Part shown: in pieces, positions 45,889 to 57,672 of the stretch
How positions within the stretch are numbered: the stretch's first letter is position 1
How the letters are laid out: every line of letters starts with the position of its first letter
NCBI GenBank assembly: GCA_020137815.1
Contig: CM035362.1
Span: forward strand, 992,001-1,056,000
Source: Hormiphora californensis
Lineage: Eukaryota > Animalia > Ctenophora
Direction: 5' to 3'
DNA length: 64,000 bases
Notes under the pieces: generated by a model
What the model saw: the letters and a program-made list of their open reading frames with translations, nothing else
Told to the model about the DNA's origin: nothing
The model's database searches: none
Position numbers and translations under genes: made by a program

Positions 45889-47119
45889 CTGTGTGTTTTT
45901 AAATGACTGAGACTGTTCAAATCGACATAGCGTCAAAAGTTGTGAATATTTTGCTCTGAAATTTTAGGGCAAGGTAGATGGCTACCTGCCATTTATTGTA
46001 CTTGAATTTCAGCAAAATCGGTCGTTCCTGAATGAACCTGTAGCCCAAAAACCTCCTCTAACTTTGAGCGCTCAGATCTCTGCAACCTGATGAGGTAGAG
46101 AGCTCAAACTTTCACATTATGTTCATTAGACATTTTACAAACTTTTGGCTGCTTGGTTTGGCGATATCTTTTTTAGTTCCTTCGCAGGAACACGGCAAAG
46201 TGGTGTAACTCGGCCTAATTGGGAGCATTTTTGCCCTCAGGTATCACGTATCACGTGTCTTACTGGGGGTAATCAGCCCCGAGCAATGTGTTACACCGAT
46301 TGTGTAATTGGTGCTGAGTGCGGTTAAGCGTGGTGCTTCGTCAGCAGACGTGATCATAGTGTCTGAAATCGTTGACAAGGTCACGTGACTAGCTGTGGTG
46401 CTGAGTGTGGTAGAGCGTGACGCTTCGTCATGACAAGAGAGAGAGAGAGAAAGAGATCGCGAGAGAAATAGAGAGAAAGGAAGAGAGTCACATCTTCTCC
46501 GTCATGACGAGAGTTATACTCAGCAGATAGAGAGAGCGAAGGGGAAAACGACCCCGGAGCGAGATTTAAGCTAACACGGGGTTGTAAAAAGGGGAAAGAG
46601 AGAAAAAGAGGAGTTTTGGAAAAGAAAGAAAAAAATTGCTGGATTTCAGGTTGTAAGGGTTTCGAAATTTATATGGAGAAGCACCAAAAGCCTTTAACCC
46701 GCATCAAAAAATTACACAACGGGTGTACACATTTCTGGGGCTGAAAAACCCCCATAAGAACGTGATACGTGATACCGAGGGCAAAAAAACTTCCAAATTA
46801 GGCCGAGTTCCCATTTGCCGGTTTTCGCGAAGGGAAAAATAAAAAAAATTTTTGCCAAACCAAGCAGCCAAAAGTTTTTAAAATGTAATGAAATAATGGA
46901 AAAGGTTTGAGCTCTCTACCTCTCAGGTTGCAGAGTCTGAGCGTCAAAATTAGAGGAGGGTTTTTTGGGCTACAGGTTCATTAGGAAAACCCGATTTTGC
47001 TGAAATTTTAAAACAAAAAGGCAGGTACCCTCTACCTTTTCCCTAAAAAAATTTTAGAGCAAAAAATTCACAACTTTTTCCTTGTCGATTTTAACAGTCC
47101 GCATTTAAAAAAAACACAG
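45889..47119. mobile_element. Foldback Tc1/mariner-type non-autonomous element with ~450-bp TIRs and TA flanks
   Basis: 45889-46340 is the reverse complement of ~46680-47119 (TA|CTGTGTG...CACAG|TA). The right arm is degraded by homopolymer-type errors. Confidence 0.75.
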
Positions 47120-50100
47120 TATTATAGTACATTTTGGGAAATAAAACAATTCACAGTAGTGCGAGCTTTTGGGCCCGGTTTACGAAAACAGGGGAAAAGG
47201 GGGATTTAAAAGCAACACCTTTGTTTGTGGAACTAGTAATAATGGTGGGGCCATTTCCTCGACCAGTCCCGACCGGGTATCCTTTTTTATTCTCTTTTTA
47301 TTCTTCCCCCCTTTTTTTTTTTTTTCTTTTTCTTTTTCTGGAAAATATTCCCACAAATATTTGGCGCTTCTCCTAATACACAGGAAAAAAAGGGGAGGCC
47401 CCAAAAAAAAGAAAAAGAGAGAAAAGAAGCGGAGGAGCAAGAAGAGAGAGAAGAGAGAAGAAGAGAAAGTATTAAGGGGTCGGGGAAAAAAACCCCCCTT
47501 TTGGGGGGGGGGGGGGGGGCCGGGGGGGGGAAAAAAAGGGGGGCTTTTGGGGGGGGGGGCCCCCCCAAACCCCTTTTCCCCCCCTTGGGGGGGGGGCCCC
47601 CCAAAAAAAGGGGGGGGGAAGAAGGGGCCTTTTTGTAGGCCGTGTTTTGTGGGGGAAAGGGTTTTAGGAATTCAGGATGGGGGCACGTTGTATTGGTGTT
47701 CTCCTGGGACAAAGCTCTTTGTAGAAAAAAAAACTCCCACGTTGTCTTCCCCTCTCTCTCTCTCCCCTCCTCTCCTCTTCTCTCTCTCTCTCGCTTTTGA
47801 AAATCGTTTCCCTTTCTTTTCTTGAATGGTAGTTGACTGGAACTTCATATCTTGCTAGCCGCTAGGATATTACAATTGATTTATTATCATAGTTAATACT
47901 ATATTAATACCATAACTATACTAACTATAATAGAGATAGTAAATGTAAATATAATTCTGACCCTTTAAATAAATTATAATTGTTTAAAGATATACTATAA
48001 AACCCATATCGATTAATAGTTGTTAGTCGATTGTATTCTTGAAGCACATTCCCGTCCAATGTAGGGTCTTTTGCAAAATTCTCCTCCCTCTTCAAAGTTG
48101 ACTATAATACACCCATTTATTAAAAGTTCCCCAAACCTCCTTTCTATTCTGGGAAAAAAAGCGTGGAACGGGGTGTTACAGAGAACTAAACACCATGATT
48201 ATGGAAAGGCGGGTGTCATTGTAGGGAGAGAGACAGCTATTTTGGAGACAACCTAGTTCATTAGCTTATCTTGTGTTTTTTTGCGCTACGAAATTCAAGA
48301 AAATTATAGAAACCGATTGTTATCCACAAGTATTACCATTTTGTATCAATAAGGTTCCTCAAGGTTCCTCGAAGTGGCCTTGTGTATATTTTCTAAAGTT
48401 TTCACATTAACTAATCTTTATTCTAGACCCGGCAGCTGTTCATGCAGTAGATCTGGCCAATTAATTGCCGCTTAACTCTGTGATTATTGTATAGACCATC
48501 ATGGTAATGTTCCTGAACTCTCAGTTTTCTCACGCTCTCACGATCCAGATCAGTATCTGAGACAGATGATATGCAGAGCTCTGCAGAGAGAACGTCGTTA
48601 CCGACTCTGTGCAGTAGCTGCAGTAGACACTATTTGCTGTTTACTCTTGAGTCCTGCATCAGCATGTAGACCCCTTCCCCTCTTATTACTATCTGACCCT
48701 TTTTATTTGCTCCTGCTGCAATACTGCGGTTTAGGGAGGATAGAGAGGGTTACAGAGCGGCATTATGAACGACCGTTACCCACCCACTGCAGCAGTGCAC
48801 CAATTCATGGAAACTCTCCTGCAGTCTTCCTCGTATAGTTTCCAACTGTTCTAGACTACCTCAGGGACAATGATCCCTTCCCCCATGATACAAGTTTGTG
48901 GTTTTGTTAAAATTTTCTGGGTCTCGATAATGGCAGCACCAAATCCATTTCCGGTTTCGGTACAGACAAAACTATAATTGCTCAACTTATTCATCTTTCA
49001 AGGGGGATATTGGAGGTACATATACTTATCAAAAAGCTGTCTAGTAAAGTTTAGACAACCTGTAGGAATTATAAAATTCCTAAATGCATACTATTCGAAT
49101 AAACGATCGTGTCTAATTCTAAATCGTAGTCGGAAACTCCCCCAACTCCTTTTCTCTTGGCAGCTTACACTTAGAAAGATTTAGAGCATTACTACCTACA
49201 AGTACAAACCATATTCTAGTGTCTTATTTGAACACCTTTTGACTTGAAACACTGTTGTAATCCAAAGCTTTTGTAATTACACCTTTTACAATTAACACAC
49301 TTCCCCAACTTCCTTAAACTAGGTTATCTTACCCCTCTCAACTATAATTCCTCGTCCGTACCCTGTACCACACATAATATAATAATGCCATTATATACTC
49401 GGCTTTGCAATCTTACATGTGTGTATTATAGTGCTTTCCATAACTTAATGTTATTATAGTTCATTGCTTGACCCCTTCATTCGTAGTAGATACTTGGTGT
49501 TATGGTTGCCATTGGTAGGACTGACTGTGGCCCCTTTAAAGGTCGGCTGTGGGGTTGGTGGAAAAAGGGCCCTTTTCCACCAATCACAGCTGACCAGCTT
49601 GGAGATCTGAGACTGTATATTATTTTGTGAAAAAGAAAAGTTGAGTAGACATCAAGTTTCCGTTTTTACAGTTGAATTGTCAAAGAAATAGGCGTAGAAA
49701 AATTTAAACGAAAATTCTACTCAACTTATGAATTAGCTTTTCTGCTTTTACAAAACATGCTGTTAATTGTTGCGAAATATTTTCACGACTATCTATTTGA
49801 TGCCTGTTGGGGAAGATGTTGTTCATTTCTTATTGTTCATTTCTTAACCAAGATGCGAGTCCCAGTGCAGAAGGAAAAGTTATGGAAATTGCACTGTGAA
49901 TATGTTTTCTTGAAAACAACTTTGTTATGTTGTTATAAACCAAGCCTCTCTGAATATTTCCTGGGTTTCCTGTTATATATAAGTACTCTTAATCAGTGTA
50001 TACCGAGAGCGAGCAAAAAGGGATGTGTGAGAGAATTGAGATGGGGAAGCAGTTAGAAAGTGAGAGACTTGTAAAACTGGGATCACAGTAAAAGAATAGG

Positions 50101-50785
50101 GCAACCGGAAAGAAGATTGTGAGGACAATGTCATAGTCACCCATAGAAACTCGAAGAAGAATAGAGATCTGGGGTGCTAAAAGCACAAGCTGTAAACCCT
50201 AAAGCTTTTAGTGAGGTCACAGCTATTTTTGTATTTTGTTCCACTAATTTATACGCTTTGTATCAGTTAGTTAGCAGTTCTAGAGGGCTATAAAGAGTTA
50301 ACATCCCTTTTTATAGAGATATCGAATTAAAGCTCAGATCGTTCCCACGATTAAACTTCCGTTATTTATTGACCCGCTATGGTTTATTATTGACATAATG
50401 CTGTAATAGTTTTGTGTAATATTTCTTATGGAATGTCGTCTTACTGTGGTGTCAAATAGTATATAGGCAAGACAATACTATTTCTTAAAATATTTTATTA
50501 TTAATAGGTATATTGGTGCTATTAAACCTAAATAAAGACAATGTCAATTTCGTGATAATCTCACGAGCTATTGAAACTTATTTCCGTCTCTTTCTAATAG
50601 CACCTATAGGAACAATTGCATTATTTCTGACATACGTAACAGTATATATATGCCCAGTATATGTCTACAAAATTCGAACGTTTATGCTTTTGGTAAACTT
50701 GCTTTTTTTGTAGGCCATTGATCCAACTATGAAACATCCATGTACTGCAAATCTTATTTATATTTTGAATTTCCCTTTAGCCAAA

Positions 50786-51688
50786 ATGGAGAAGACTAAT
50801 AAGATGATGCGAAGGACCTCGGTGGCGATCCAAAAGGGATACAAGAAGCAGATAACAGAAATTCAGAACAAACGAACAGGAATCAGAAGGTACGAAAAGG
50901 TTTTTACATCTCTTATATCGCCACAAAGCATACGAACATCTGAAATGGTAATCAAATGATCGTCCTACAATTGACAATTGTCCGTACTCTCTTTTGTGAG
51001 GTGGCAACTGGCCACACGGAACAGCCTGAACAAGTCACGGCTTTACTTAAATGATACTCCTTCCCTAATGATAAAGCTCTCACTTCTTACTAACAAGTTA
51101 TCTTCCAATCAATATCGGCATACGCCATCTATTCATCGGCCTCTACCACTAGCAGATGCCGATGAATGGTCACTGTTTCTCTCTATCTCTCTACCTCACT
51201 CTGTCTATCTATCACTCTCTCCCTCACTATCTGTCTTTCTATCGCTCTCTCTTTCTCGCCCCATTTTTGTTTCACGTCCTATGAGAGTGTCCCCCCATTC
51301 CAAGACAGTGATGTTATCCCCCTCATTAGAAACTGTAGGGAGAGAGCGCAGCTGTGCAGACTAGGTCGAACATTCCCTTTCTCGTTTTCACATTTTGCTT
51401 ATACCCTTAGTGATCATCCTCAATTGCAGCTGATTTAAATCTAAATTCACACAACATTTCCATTGTGTTCGGCAGCTCTTCAAGAGGGACCACGACCCTT
51501 GGTCATCGCTCGACAAATATTGAATGTGGATACTGAATAATCTTCCGATATATCTCAATCTCAAGATACTTCGGAACATTTCGCTACAAGCAACTTCATA
51601 GATAGCTTGTGCCAGATCACCCTCCTCCCTATCTTCAAAAGAATGCCACCTTCAATATTTGTCGAGCGGTGACAAAGGATCGTCCCGG

Positions 51689-51755
<67 letters not shown>

Positions 51756-54700
51756 TAAAAGAAAGGTTGATGAACAAGTACGAACTGTTGTCATCAGGAA
51801 ATTAGAACATCCTCAGATCCAGCAACAATTCCCAATCTACTGCTGCCTGACCGGTCTTTGACCTGCAAAGTTCGTCTCGTGGAAATTGTCTACCTTTATA
51901 TCAGCTAGATAGGCCATCTACCATGTATCTACCATGAGATACAGCTGTATCTCATGGTAGATACATGGTAGATCTAGATCGCTGTATATAAAACACAACT
52001 CAACACATTTATAATTGATGTTACCTGGTAACATCAATTATAAATGTAACTTACCACGATCTCTTTGGGGAACACATCTCTCTGTTGGGCTGAACTAAAC
52101 TGCTCAAATTGTTATTTATGTTGTGCAGTAGGTACACGGTTATTACTCGGTGCAGTGGTGGTGTCCTGCTTGTTATTGCATCGCTAAGTGGGCGACATAC
52201 CTCTTCTACCTCATTAACCTTGCACTACCACTAGTGACTACTTGCAGGGCGCCTAGCCTGGTTTACGATAGTATCACACCGTCCCGATCTCCTCTTGGAG
52301 CTGTACATGATGATGCACCGTGATTGTCAATTAGATTTAACCACTTCCCAGCTCCTACTGCCTCTCTATATCTTTCTTCCATTTGACCCTGCACTTCTAG
52401 TGTCTGATATTTATTAAGTATGCTTATATGATTAACATAAAAGCATTTTACTACTGAGTGACTGGAGATGCAGTTGAACACAACTTTGCTACAATTAACG
52501 TATCAAAAACTCATCTTTTTATCTGTTCCTGTACCAGAGTTCAGGTTTTAATTAGTAAAATGGACAGCCCTCGAGCATTCATGACTTCATTTCGCTTCTA
52601 CAGTATTATAGTACCACCTATATATAAAATATTGCCAGTTATACGAGCTATTTTTATGTAAGCGGGCTATATTTTAGTTGCATTTTTATTTAGCAAACCA
52701 ATACGTGCTGGTAGTTAGCAGTAGCAAGGGTTCATTGATACAGTTGTTGGTTTATTGCAATGCAACGGAGAGGAGAGAGAAGAGAGAAGAGAGAGATAAA
52801 GAGAGATAAAGAGAGAGAAAGAGCTATAGAATGCATTACATGCGGTTTCAATAACTTGTTGCAAGAAGACGTCTGCAGCACGTCGTCCGACTCTCTCTTG
52901 TTTCCCTATTCCTATTCTCTATCTCTCTCTCTCCGTCTCTCTCTCTCACACACTCTCTCTTCTCTCTCCCTCCCTCTCTCTCCCTCTCTCTCTCTATTCC
53001 CACGTGGTGGGCTCTGAAGCACTGGATTTGCTGGACACATGCTCTCTCACATACAATCTCCATGCGCATTACTATCCTTCGCATTCAATCCGTGTGTTAT
53101 AGTTTGTAGGTACATGTATATCCAGACAGTTTCTCTGAATGTTAGTTTTTAGGTTCTACTAAATTCATTTAATTGCATTTTATATTGGTACATTCACCCC
53201 TTTGGTTCCCAAAGTGCGCTCAGATTGGGCTAGCCTTGGCAGCGACGTGCCCAAGGACCATCACCCCCACCCAGTAACATCTCCCATTACAGATGTAAAG
53301 CAAACATGACAACAAGTGGAGATGTTCGCATTGGTCGGGGGTTCGACTTTAAAGTCGGTGGACGTATGGAGGATTCCACATTTGAACGGGAACACACGTT
53401 ACTTGAGGTAAACTTGTGATGCATGATCCATTGATTTTGGTATGAAAGATGATTTTAATTTTATACTCGAAAAATTATATTTGATTCCAAATAATCCTCT
53501 TCAATAATTTTAGTCCTCCCATTCTAACCACTCTCCCTCACCCTCAGCTGTGGAACCTGTACCGTAATGGGTACACATCGGATGAAGTCCTGAACCATAT
53601 CTACATCCCAATTATAGTGATTGACAACTACAACGGTGGTAAGTCTAAAGTCGTTATATCCATCATGCAAAATGCCACCGGTGGCCGGTTTATAAAACAT
53701 TTGCAAGAGCGTCTGAAAAAAGGCAAAACCACGTGTCCCAACAACTTTTTACACAGGTCGTATCAAATGTAAATCGGAAACGTGTGGGGTTGATGAGTCA
53801 ATTATTGAGGAATTACGTGCACGATTTCATGATATAAAGGTACTTTTTCAGTTATACGTTGACGCGAACAATCTTTATGGAGAAGTTTTATTATGTCAAT
53901 TGTAAAGTATGATTGAGACTATCGTGATTAGAAATTAATAGTTAACATAACATGTTAACATTTCTCAGGAGCTAGAGTTGGCGAGAAGGGAAGCAGAAGA
54001 GTCAGAGAAGTACAACGAGCTACATGGGATACACAGGGGTGGAGGGGCCTCTAAATCTGCACTCTTCGAGTTTGCAGATGGTAGTACTCTGGGAGTGGGA
54101 GTGGGATCACCCAAGGCCCTCAGTCGGGAAGCTTCACTATTATCATTCAACAAAGGTATGTTTGGGTATAAAGCATTTCACTATTTCAATGACTATAGCT
54201 TTTGTTGGTTGCTGGCTCGCTGAACTTTTAAAAAAAATTTAACGCGACGCTGATTCTGCTATAATTCTGCGAAGATTCTAGCTAACCCTGCAACATAGAC
54301 GGTGACTTGTTCAGGAATATCTTACAAAACTCCTCCGTGTCATCCACCAGTTCCAGTGGTCAAGACGTCCACCCTCAAACATCTTCCTCCGTTTCCGCTC
54401 CTCTGCGTGGTAGACGAACTGGTTTGGGAAATCTAGAAGTAGCTGCTCATGGTACTTTAGGTCGCCGAGGATCCCTGGATGGAATTTGTGAGGAAGGCGA
54501 AGAAAATGAAAGCGGGGAATCACGTCGTTATAGCAACGGCGAAAAGACAATTTTAGAGCAAATTAGTGAAGAGGTTTTCACTGAAGAAAGTGAGCTGGAG
54601 GACGAGGATTAGATGATATGTCCTACAATCTGCATGAGCTGATGTTAGCTGTAGAAGTAATATTTAATTACTTGTTGTACTTGTGAAACTGTGGTGAAGC

Positions 54701-54969
54701 GTGTTAAAGTGGAGCATTTTGTGGGTTGGGGAATGTTTTGGGTACCCACTACCCGATATGATTATTTAGTATTTCTATTTTCTAACCAGTTTTCATTATA
54801 ACAACTCCACCACTTCTCCCCCACAGATAGTCCGTTTACAAGAAGTTTTGATATTGATGGCGATGGGATGCCTCTAGATGACGAGAGTTTACTTTCAAAA
54901 GATGGAGGTGGAACAGGAAGCTTACTCATCACATATTGCTGCTACACCTGCTGCAAAACAGAGGAATAG
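50786..54969 (+). CDS. Uncharacterised multi-exon protein; exons approx. 50786-50889, 53293-53407, 53548-53638, 53757-53839, 53969-54155, 54299-54589, 54828-54969
   Basis: Phase-consistent GT-AG chain: MEKTNKMMRR..|RCKANMTTSGDVRIGRGFDF..|LWNLYRNGY..|GRIKCKSETCG..|ELELARRE..|..|..TYCCYTCCKTEE*. There is an alternative stop at 54612 if the last intron is retained. Confidence 0.7.
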
Positions 54970-55397
54970 ACACCCACATAGACTCTACAGAATAATATGA
55001 GCTTATTAAATGCTTTGCCAACTAATGAGTCGGTTGATATCTGACCCTCTATTTCACTCAAAGAGAAATCTAAAAGATTTGAAGAAGGGTCAGCTCAAGG
55101 ATTCTACTATCAGTTTGTGTGTGGTAATAGCGATATATCAATGTCATGTTAGCTATGTAGTTTATTGGTACACGTTTGATTGATAAGGGATGACCGGCTG
55201 GTCCTATTGGCCCAACTATAATACTGAAAATATTGTCAAGAATTGATTCAGTTTTAGTTTAGTTTTGCTGAGTGTCAAGTCTGAATTTTGTGATTGCTTT
55301 GAGTATCTAGAGTACAATATCTATTAGCAAAATTGTTATTTTATAAATCTATCTGAGATCCGCGTGGGTCATTTTTATTGAGAAATGTGTTTTTGAA

Positions 55398-55780
55398 AGG
55401 GATCACGTGTGAGTTAACAAGGGATCACGTGTGATGTGTGAGTTAACAAGGGATCACGCGTGATGTGTGAGTTAACAAGGGATCACGCGTGATGTGTGAG
55501 TTAACAAGGGATCACGCGTGATATGTGAGTTAACACGGGATCACGCGTGATGTGTGAGTTAACAAGGGATCACGTGTGATGTCTTAGTTAACAAGGGATC
55601 ACGCGTGATATGTGAGTTAACAAGGGATCACGCGTGATGTGTGAGTTAACAAGGGATCACGCGTGATGTGTGAGTTAACAAGGGACCACGCGTGATGTGT
55701 GAGTCAACAAGGGATCACGCGTGATGTGTGAGTTAACAAGGGATCACGCGTGATGCGTGAGTTAACAAGGGATTACGCGT
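55398..55780. repeat. 29-bp minisatellite (GGGATCACGCGTGATGTGTGAGTTAACAA), about 13 copies
   Basis: Period 29 (55450 vs 55479); no spacers between units. Confidence 0.97.
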
Positions 55781-56572
55781 GCACCATGACAAGAGATCAC
55801 ATGGCACAATTCTAAATCACGGTTCTAATGATATTTCTCTCACATGGTAATTTGCTCATTTCTCTCGTCTTTGAATTTATGCCTCGTCCGCGTCCATTCC
55901 ATTTCTTTCTGAACGGTATGCGATGAAATCAAAGTGCATACTCTTTTCATTATTTTCATGTCAATATTTCCTCTCTCTTTCTTTCTATCTCTCTCTCTCT
56001 CTCTCTCACTGATCTCCCTCAGTCATTCAGCATCTCACATCTGCCTCTCTCTCTACTTTCCATATTCCTATGTGCTTATTATAATTGCCAGACAAACACG
56101 TATGCAGCTCGCTGCTCGGGTTAGTATTCTCAGTATTCATGTTTTGTGATTGAATTGCTTTCCTCGATATAATAGGCACCACCACTGGTTCTACCTAGAG
56201 CCTCGCACCTAATAATTGTAATACCATACTTTCTGATCCTTTGAGAAACCGCACGCTGCTTTATGTATAACCCATACTACTCATAATGGCAAGCCTCAAG
56301 AGTGCCATTATTAGATAGATACCAAGGGAGATAGGTACCAAGTCGGCCTCCTAATAGAGGTATAGCTTTGATATATTATTCTTCTCTATGTCACAAATTG
56401 CTACCAACTTACTTTGTTGCTGCTTCCTACAATTCCTACCGCGGTACTATACGCTCAGAGATTTACTTCAATGTTGCCTCTTGCTGCAGTTTACACAGTG
56501 ATTTTGACTTTACCAGAGCTCTTCGCTGGGGTTACTAATTTACAGCTCTAACATTGCTATTGTTGAGCTGAG

Positions 56573-56579
56573 CGAGAGA

Positions 56580-56621
<42 letters not shown>

Positions 56622-56646
56622 AGAGAGACGAGAGAGAGAGAGAGAG

Positions 56647-56688
<42 letters not shown>

Positions 56689-56694
56689 AGAGAC

Positions 56695-56739
<45 letters not shown>

Positions 56740-56766
56740 TGAGAGAGAGAGACAGAGAGAGTGAGG

Positions 56767-56857
<91 letters not shown>

Positions 56858-56894
56858 AGAGAGAAAGAGAGAGAGGAGAAGAGAGGAGAGAGAA

Positions 56895-56934
<40 letters not shown>

Positions 56935-57016
56935 GAGAGAGATGAGAGAGAAGAGAGAAGACGAGTGAGAGAGAGAGAGAGAGAGAGAGGAAGGAGACGA
57001 GAGAGAAGAGAGAGAG

Positions 57017-57052
<36 letters not shown>

Positions 57053-57068
57053 GAGAGAGAGAGAGAGA
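56573..57068. repeat. Imperfect (GA)n tract
   Basis: Direct reading. Confidence 0.95.
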
Positions 57069-57551
57069 AAAATATTGAACAGTAAGTACTCCATATTGTT
57101 GATGACAGCTTTCTGAGTTCTCAGCTACGTTGCAACAAACGTCGAAAGGCAAACAATACTTCTTTGGAACTGAATATTGTGTGTTCAATCACGATGTTCG
57201 TCCTGGGTTTTGTAGCTTTGAAAAAAGTAGTAGATGCGACCCTCATCGAAGCTTCCGGAGCACGGATACAGTTTCAAGCGACTCAACCTCTGAACCTCAA
57301 CTCTAATGTTGGTCTAAAGTTGAATGGTTTCAGAAAATATATTTCTGTTTCCTGGCGGAGTGGAGCACTTCTCCAAAGTTTTTAATCTCAACCAGACTTC
57401 TTGGCTCATGTGCCTTTCTTTCTAAAAAAAAAACCACCCCCCCCCCCAAACTTATCACGCCCAACCTGTATGCCTACCTAGTCCAATAACCTAGTTTATT
57501 TTACAAGGTTTTTAATGGCCATTAGCAGCCATAGCGAATGGGGCACGGGTA

Positions 57552-57672
57552 TAGGGCACACCACGACACCACGTGTCATTTTACGTTTCCAGGGTTGTGA
57601 GAGAGAGCAATGCCAGCTTTGAGGTTAAAAACTGTTCACCCCAGTGTCGGCACCATCCTTTGGTGTGCCCTA
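57552..57672. mobile_element. Possible mini-MITE with 12-bp TIRs
   Basis: TAGGGCACACCA ... TGGTGTGCCCTA. Confidence 0.4.

Noticed and set aside
47169-47825. 218-aa and 141-aa G/K/P/F-rich ORFs
   Set aside because: Products of homopolymer-rich, probably erroneous sequence.
55398-55780. CRISPR array of palindromic 29-bp repeats
   Set aside because: No unique spacers; it is a plain tandem repeat.
56380-56550. Hydrophobic plus-strand frame (LTLLLLPTIPTAVLYAQRF...) as a membrane-protein exon
   Set aside because: No clear acceptor or start, and no recognisable family.
56535-57188. LS- and ER-repeat ORFs (also at ~38.7-39.3, 40.2-40.5, 44.4-44.6, 60.8-61.3 and 62.5-62.7 kb)
   Set aside because: Translations of (GA)/(CT) microsatellites.
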